From the human T2T-CHM13v2.0 reference genome, Homo sapiens, in assembly GCF_009914755.1 (NCBI RefSeq), contig NC_060944.1: DNA of 64,000 nucleotides; one strand, 5' to 3'. The notes below the pieces were generated by a model. That model did no database searches. It saw only the letters and a program-made list of their open reading frames with translations, and had not been told where the DNA came from. Position numbers and translations under genes: made by a program. This document shows positions 57,501 to 64,000 of this stretch, piece after piece (positions within the stretch are counted from its first letter, which is position 1; each line of letters opens with the position of its first letter).

Positions 57501-59714
57501 ATTGAATGGAATGGAATCAACCAGAGTGCAATGGAGTTGAATGGAATGGAATGGAATGGAATCAAGCCGAGTGCAATGGAATGGAATGGAATGGAATCAA
57601 CCCGAGTGAAATGGAATGGAAAGTTACGGAATGGAATGGAATGCAATGGAATGTAATGGAATGGAATGGAATGGAATGGAATGGAATGGAATGGAATGGA
57701 ATGGAATTAACCCGAGTAGAATGGCATGGAATGGAATGGAATGGAATGGAATGGAATGCATTTCAATGGAATGGAATGGAATGGAGTCAACGCGAGTGGA
57801 ATGCAATGGAATGGAATGGAAGAGAATGGAATGGAATGGAATCAACCCGAGTGGAATGGAATGGAGTGGAATGGAATGGAATGGCTAGGAACGGAATGCA
57901 ATGGAGTGGAATGGAATGGAGTGGAGTAGAATGGAATTCAATGGATAGGTATGGAAGGGAATGGAGTGGAATGGAAAGGCATGGAAGAGAATGGAATGGA
58001 ATGGAAAGGAATGGAATTGAATGGAATGGAATGCAATGGAATGGAATAGAATCAACCAGACTGCAATTGAGTGGAATGGACCGGAATGGAATGGAATGGA
58101 ATGGAATAATCACGTGTAGAATGCAATAGAAGGGAATGGAATCGAATGGAATGGAATGGCATTCAATGGAAACAACACGAGTGGAATGGAATGGAATGGA
58201 ATGGATTGGAGTGGAATGGAATCAACCCGAGTGGAATGGAATGGAATGGAATGGAATGGAATGGAATGGAGTGGAATGTAATGGAATAGAATGAAGTGGA
58301 ATCAACCCGAGTGGATTGGAATGGTATGGAGTGAAATGAAATGGAATGGAATGGAATGATACGGAATGGAATGGAATGGAATGGAAAGGAAAGGAATGTA
58401 ATCGAATCAAAACGAGTGGAATGGAATGGAATGGAAAGGAATGGAGTGGAATTCAATAGAATCAACCCTAGTGGAATGGAATGGAAAGGAATTGAATGGA
58501 ATGGAAAGGAATGGGATGGAATTCAATCCAGTGTAAAGGAATGGAATGGAATGGAATGAAATGGAATGGAATAAATTCGAATGGAATGGAATGGAATGAA
58601 AAGTAATATAATGGAAATGAATGGAATCCACCCGAATGGAAAGCAAAGGAATGGAATGGAATGGAATGGAATGGAATGGAATGCAGTCCACCCGAGTGGA
58701 ATGGAATGGAATAGAGTGGAATGGAATGGTATGGAATCAACTCGAGTGGAACGGAAAGAATGGTACGGAATGGAATGGAAAGGAAATGAATGGAATCAAC
58801 AAGACCAGAATAGAATCCCAAAGACTGGAATGAACAAGTGCAATGGAATGGAATGGAATGAAATGGTATCAACCCGGTTGGAATGGAATGGAATGGAATG
58901 GAATGGAATGGAATCAATCCGAGTGGAGTGGATTGGAATGGAATGGACTTTAATTGAATCAGCCCGACCGGAATGGAATTGAATGGAATGGATTGAAATG
59001 GAATGGAATGGAATGGAATGGAATGCAATGGAATGGAATGGAATTGATTGATTGGAATGCAATGGAATGGAATGGAATGGAATCACGACGATTGAAATGC
59101 AATGGAATGGAATGGAATTGAATCACCACGATTGGAATGGATTGGAATGGAATGGAATGGAATGGAATGGAATGGAATGGAATGGATTCAACCCGAGTGC
59201 AATGGAATGGATTGCAATGGAATGGAATCAACCCGATTGGAATGGAATGGAAAGGAATGGAATGCAGTCAACCCAAGTGGAATGTAATGGAATGGAATGG
59301 AAATGAATGGAATGGAATGGAATCAACCCGAATGGAATGGAATGGAATGGAGTGGAATAGAAAGGAATATAATGGAATGGAGTGGAATGGAATGGAATGG
59401 AATGGAATGGAATTGAAAGAACCCGAGTGGAATGCAATGCAGTGGAATGGAATGGATTGGAATCAACCCAATTGGAATGGAATGGAATGGAATGGAATGG
59501 AACAGAATGGAATGGAAAGGAGTGGAATACAATGGAATGGAATCGGCCCAACACGACTGGAATGGAATGGAATGGAATGGAATGGAATGGAATGGAATGG
59601 AATGGCATAGAATGGATTGGAATCAAACCGACTGTAATGGAAAGGAATGGAATGGAATGGAGTGGAATGAAATCAACCCGAGTGGAATGGAATGGAATGG
59701 AATGGGATGGAATA
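54579..59714 (+). repeat. HOR unit B' (~5.14 kb, full length)
   Basis: B alleles (~55858, ~56233). Contains segment ~59225-59669, which units A and A' lack. Confidence 0.85.
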
Positions 59715-62700
59715 GAATGAAATGGAGTGGATTGGAATCAAACTGAGTGGAATGGAAAGGAATGGAAAGGAATGTAATTGAAGAGAATGGAATGGAATGG
59801 AATGGAATAGAATGGAATGGAATGGAATGGAATGGAATGGAATGGAATGGAATGCAATGGAAACAGCCAGAGTGGAATTGAGTGTAATGGATCGAAATGG
59901 AATGGAATGGAATGGAATAAACATGAGTAGAATGCAATGGAAGGGAATGGAATCAAATGGAATGGAATGGCATTGAATGGAATCAACACGAGTGGAATGG
60001 AATGGGATGGAGTGGATTGGACAGTTATGGAATCAACCCGAATGTAATGTAATGGAATGGAATGGAATGGAATGCAGTGGAATTAACCCGAGGGGAATGG
60101 AATGGTATGGAGTGAAATGTAACGGAATGGAATGGTATGGAATGGAATGGAATGAAAAGGAAAGGAAAGCAATGGAATCAAAACGAGTGGAATTGAATGG
60201 AATGTAAAGAAATGGAGTGGAATTCAATAGAATCAACACGAGTGGAATGGAATGGAAAGGAATTAAACGTAATGGAATGGAATGGAATGGAATCCAATCC
60301 AATGTAAAGGAATGGAACGGAACGGAATAGCATGTAATGGAATGGAATGGAATGGAATGGAATGGAATGGAAAAAATTCGAGTTTAATGGAATGGAATGC
60401 AAAGAAATATAATGGAAATGAATGGAATCCACCCGAATGGAAAGGAAAGGAATGGAATGGAATGGAATGGAATGGAATGGAATGGAATGGAATTGAATGG
60501 AATGGAGAGGAATGGAATGGAATGGAATGGAGAGGAATGGAATGGAATTGATTTGAGTGGAATGCAATCAACTGGAATGGAATGGAATGGAATGGAATGG
60601 AATGGAATGGAATCAACACGAATGGAATGGAATGGAATGGAATGGAATGGAATGGAATGGAATGGAATTTAATGGAATGGAATGGAATGGAATTTAATGG
60701 AATGGAATGGAATGGAATGGAATCACCCCGAGTGGTATGCAATGGAGAGGAATGGAATGGAATGGAATGGAATCAACCCGAGTGTTATGCAAAGGAGTGG
60801 AATGGAATGGAATGGAATGGGATGGAATGCAGTCAACAGGAGTGGAATGGAATGGATTGTAATGGAATGGAATTTAATGGAATGGAATAAAACCGAGTGG
60901 AATGGAATGGAATGGAATCAACCCTTGTGAAATGTAAAGCAAAGAAATGGAATGGAATGGAATGGAATCAACAAAAGTGGAATGGAATGGAATGGAATAC
61001 AATGGAATGGATTGGAATGGAACGGAATAAACCGGAGTGGAATGGAATGGAATGGAATGCAATGTATTCGATTGGAATTTATTTAACCCGATTGGAATGG
61101 AGTGGAATGGAATGGAATGGAATGGAATGGAAAGAAGCCGATTGGAATGCAGTGGACTGCAAAGGAATGGAATTGAAAGGGATGGAATGGAATGGAATGG
61201 AATGGAATGGAATGGAATGGAATGAAATGCAAGGGAATGGAAAGGAATGGAATCAACCCGAGGGGAATGGAAAGGAATGGAATGGAAAAGAATGGAATGG
61301 AATGCAATCAACCCGAGTGGAATGGAATGGAGTGGAATGGAATGGAATGGAATGGAATGGATTGGAATGGAATGGAATAGAATGCAATGGAATGGAATAG
61401 CGTGGAATGAAATGGAATGCAATGGAAAGGAATCAAGCCATGTGGAATCGAAAGGAATGGAATGGAATTGAATGCAATGGAATTGAATGGAATCAAGCCG
61501 AGTGGAATGTAATGGCATGGAATGGAGAGGAATGGAATGGAAAGGAATGGAATGGATTCAACGCGATTGGAAAGGAATGGAATGGAATGCAACGGAATCA
61601 ACCCGAGTGGAATGCAATGGAATGGAATGGAATGGAATGGAATGGAACGGAATGGAATGGAATGGAATGGATTGGAATAAACAATGCGTGGAATGTAGTG
61701 CATTCGAATAGAATGGAATGAACCCGAGAGGAATGGAATGGAATGGAATGGAATGGAAGGGAATGGAGTAGAATGCAATGGGATGGAATGGAATGAACCC
61801 TAGTGGAATGGAATGAAATGGAATGGAATGGAATGGAATGGAATGGAATGGAATGGAATGGAATGGAATGGAACGGAATAGAATCAACCTGAATGGAATG
61901 GAATGGAATGCAATGAAGTGGTATGGAATGGTTGGAATGGAATGGAATAGACTCAAAACGAGTGGAATGGAATGGAATGGAAATGAACGGAATGGAAGGG
62001 AATGGAAACAACCCGAGTGGAATGGAATGGAATGCAATAGAATGGTATGGAATGGAAGGGAATAGAATGGAATAGAATGTAATCAAAACGAGTGGATTGG
62101 AATGGAATGGATTGGAATGGATTGGAAACAAACCGAGTGGAATGGAATGCAATGGAATGGAATGCAATGGCATGGAATGGAATGGAATGGATTGCAATGG
62201 AATGGCATGGAATGGAATGGAATGGAATGGAATGGAATGGAATGGAATGTGCTGGAATGGAATCGAATGGAATCAACTGGAATGGAAGGGAATGGAATGG
62301 AATGGAATGGAATCAGTTAGATTGGAATGGCATGGAATGGAATGGAATGCAATGGAATGTAATTGAATGGAATCACCCAAAGTGGAATGGAAGGGAATGG
62401 AATAGAATGGAAGGGAATGGAAAGGAATGCAATGGAGTCAACCCAAATGGAATCGAATGGAATGGAATGCAATGGAATGGAATGAAATGGAATGGAATGG
62501 AATGGAATGAGATGGGATGGAACGGAATTAAACCGAGTGGAGTGGAATGGAATTCAATGGAATGGAATGGAATAAATTGGAATGGAATGGAATGCAATGC
62601 CATGGAACGGAATCAACCCGTGTGGAATGGCATGGAATGGAATGGAATGGAATGGAATGGAATGGAATGGAATGGCATGGAAAGCAATTGAATGGAATGG

Positions 62701-64000
62701 AATCAACCAGAGTGCAATGGAGTTGAATGGAATGGAATGGAATGGAATCAAGCCGAGTGCAATGGAATGGAATGGAATGGAATCAACCCGAGTGAAATGG
62801 AATGGAAAGTTACGGAATGGAATGGAATGGAATGGAATGGAATGGAATGGAATGGAATGGAATGGAATGGAATGGAATTAACCCGAGTAGAATGGCATGG
62901 AATGGAATGGAATGGAATGGAATGGAATGGAATGCATTTCAATGGAATGGAATGGAATGGAGTCAACGCGAGTGGAATGCAATGGAATGAAATGGAAGAG
63001 AATGGAATGGAATGGAATCAACCCGAGTGGAATGGAATGGAGTGGAATGGAATGGAATGGCTAGGAACGGAATGCAATGGAGTGGAATGGAATGGAGTGG
63101 AGTAGAATGGAATTCAATGGATAGGTATGGAAGGGAATGGAGTGGAATGGAAAGGCATGGAAGAGAATGGAATGGAATGGAAAGGAATGGAATTGAATGG
63201 AATGGAATGCAATGGAATGGAATAGAATCAACCAGACTGCAATTGAGTGGAATGGACCGGAATGGAATGGAATGGAATGGAATAATCACGTGTAGAATGC
63301 AATAGAAGGGAATGGAATCGAATGGAATGGAATGGCATTCAATGGAAACAACACGAGTGGAATGGAATGGAATGGAATGGATTGGAGTGGAATGGAATCA
63401 ACCCGAGTGGAATGGAATGGAATGGAATGGAATGGAATGGAATGGAGTGGAATGTAATGGAATAGAATGAAGTGGAATCAACCCGAGTGGAATGGAATGG
63501 TATGGAGTGAAATGAAATGGAATGGAATGGAATGATACGGAATGGAATGGAATGGAATGGAAAGGAAAGGAATGTAATCGAATCAAAACGAGTGGAATGG
63601 AATGGAATGGAAAGGAATGGAGTGGAATTCAATAGAATCAACCCTAGTGGAATGGAATGGAAAGGAATTGAATGGAATGGAAAGGAATGGGATGGAATTC
63701 AATCCAGTGTAAAGGAATGGAATGGAATGGAATGAAATGGAATGGAATAAATTCGAATGGAATGGAATGGAATGAAAAGTAATATAATGGAAATGAATGG
63801 AATCCACCCGAATGGAAAGCAAAGGAATGGAATGGAATGGAATGGAATGGAATGGAATGGAATGGAATGCAGTCCACCCGAGTGGAATGGAATGGAATAC
63901 AGTGGAATGGAATGGTATGGAATCAACTCGAGTGGAACGGAAAGAATGGTACGGAATGGAATGGAAAGGAAATGAATGGAATCAACAAGACCAGAATAGA
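59715..64000 (+). repeat. HOR unit C (partial, runs off the window)
   Basis: Same landmark order as the other units. aagaccagaatag at 63987 versus 58801 gives a spacing of 5186. Confidence 0.85.

Larger units (their letters stand above)
1..64000 (+). repeat. Satellite III (HSat3) array, (GGAAT)n with interspersed CAAC(C/A)CGAGT decamers; pericentromeric or acrocentric-type heterochromatin
   Basis: Continuous GGAAT pentamers with single-base variants (GCAAT, GGAGT, GGAAA, TGAAT) and hundreds of CAACCCGAGT-like decamers, the established Satellite III signature. The G/A-rich strand stays on + throughout. Confidence 0.98.
42397..64000 (+). repeat. Homogeneous ~5.15 kb HSat3 higher-order repeat domain with structural variants
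   Basis: Landmark cagttatgg at 42699, 47430, 50135, 54871 and 60022. The ORF track repeats identical translations at offsets of ~4731, ~5151-5181 and ~7431-7446. Confidence 0.93.

Noticed and set aside
81-63975. Hundreds of ORFs up to 437 aa (MEWNG repeats on +, FHSIP repeats on -)
   Set aside because: Pure (GGAAT)n has no stop codon in any frame and supplies an ATG every 5 bp. The ORFs overlap in all six frames, contain no recognisable domains, and simply translate the satellite.
1-64000. CRISPR-like pattern of a recurring CAACCCGAGT 'repeat' with variable 'spacers'
   Set aside because: The repeat is only 10 bp and degenerate, the spacers are GGAAT runs of variable length rather than unique sequence, and there are no cas genes or leader.
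1-64000. HSat2, alpha satellite, telomeric repeat or transposon insertion
   Set aside because: There is no dominant GAATCGAATG/ATCATC HSat2 pattern, no 171-bp monomer, no TTAGGG array, and no Alu, L1 or LTR sequence or poly(A) tail with target-site duplication.
1-64000. Canonical heat-shock elements (HSF1 is known to drive Satellite III transcription)
   Set aside because: GAA units here are direct repeats, and I found no clear nGAAnnTTCnnGAAn. HSF1 responsiveness of this particular array cannot be read from the sequence.
1-64000. Many AATAAA hexamers (ggaataaa) as poly(A) signals
   Set aside because: They are simple pentamer variants with no downstream U/GU-rich elements. Only the 5538-5559 hairpin is out of pattern.
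1-64000. Assignment to a specific chromosome, HSat3 subfamily or species
   Set aside because: This requires a k-mer comparison with T2T annotations. The ~5.2 kb period differs from the ~3.6 kb Y-chromosome DYZ1 unit, but I cannot support a positive assignment by eye.
1-64000. Strand inversion within the array
   Set aside because: No (ATTCC)n tract appears on the + strand anywhere in the window.

Overview
The whole 64 kb window is classical human/great-ape Satellite III (HSat3): diverged (GGAAT)n pentamers on the + strand, punctuated every few tens to hundreds of bases by the decamer CAAC(C/A)CGAGT and its variants. I see no gene, RNA gene, transposon or inversion, and all listed ORFs are artefacts of the pentamer (MEWNG / FHSIP repeats). 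The information is in the higher-order structure. Positions ~1-42 kb are an older patchwork of reshuffled 0.4-10 kb satellite modules. From ~42.4 kb to the end there is a young, near-identical ~5.15 kb higher-order repeat (HOR) with deletion/truncation variants (4.74, 2.70, 4.75, 5.14 kb and a partial unit) and a recent 7.44 kb super-duplication. The HOR is built from modules found in a different order in the older flank. The junctions I could measure keep the 5-bp register. All coordinates were read by eye from landmark k-mers and may be off by a few bases.
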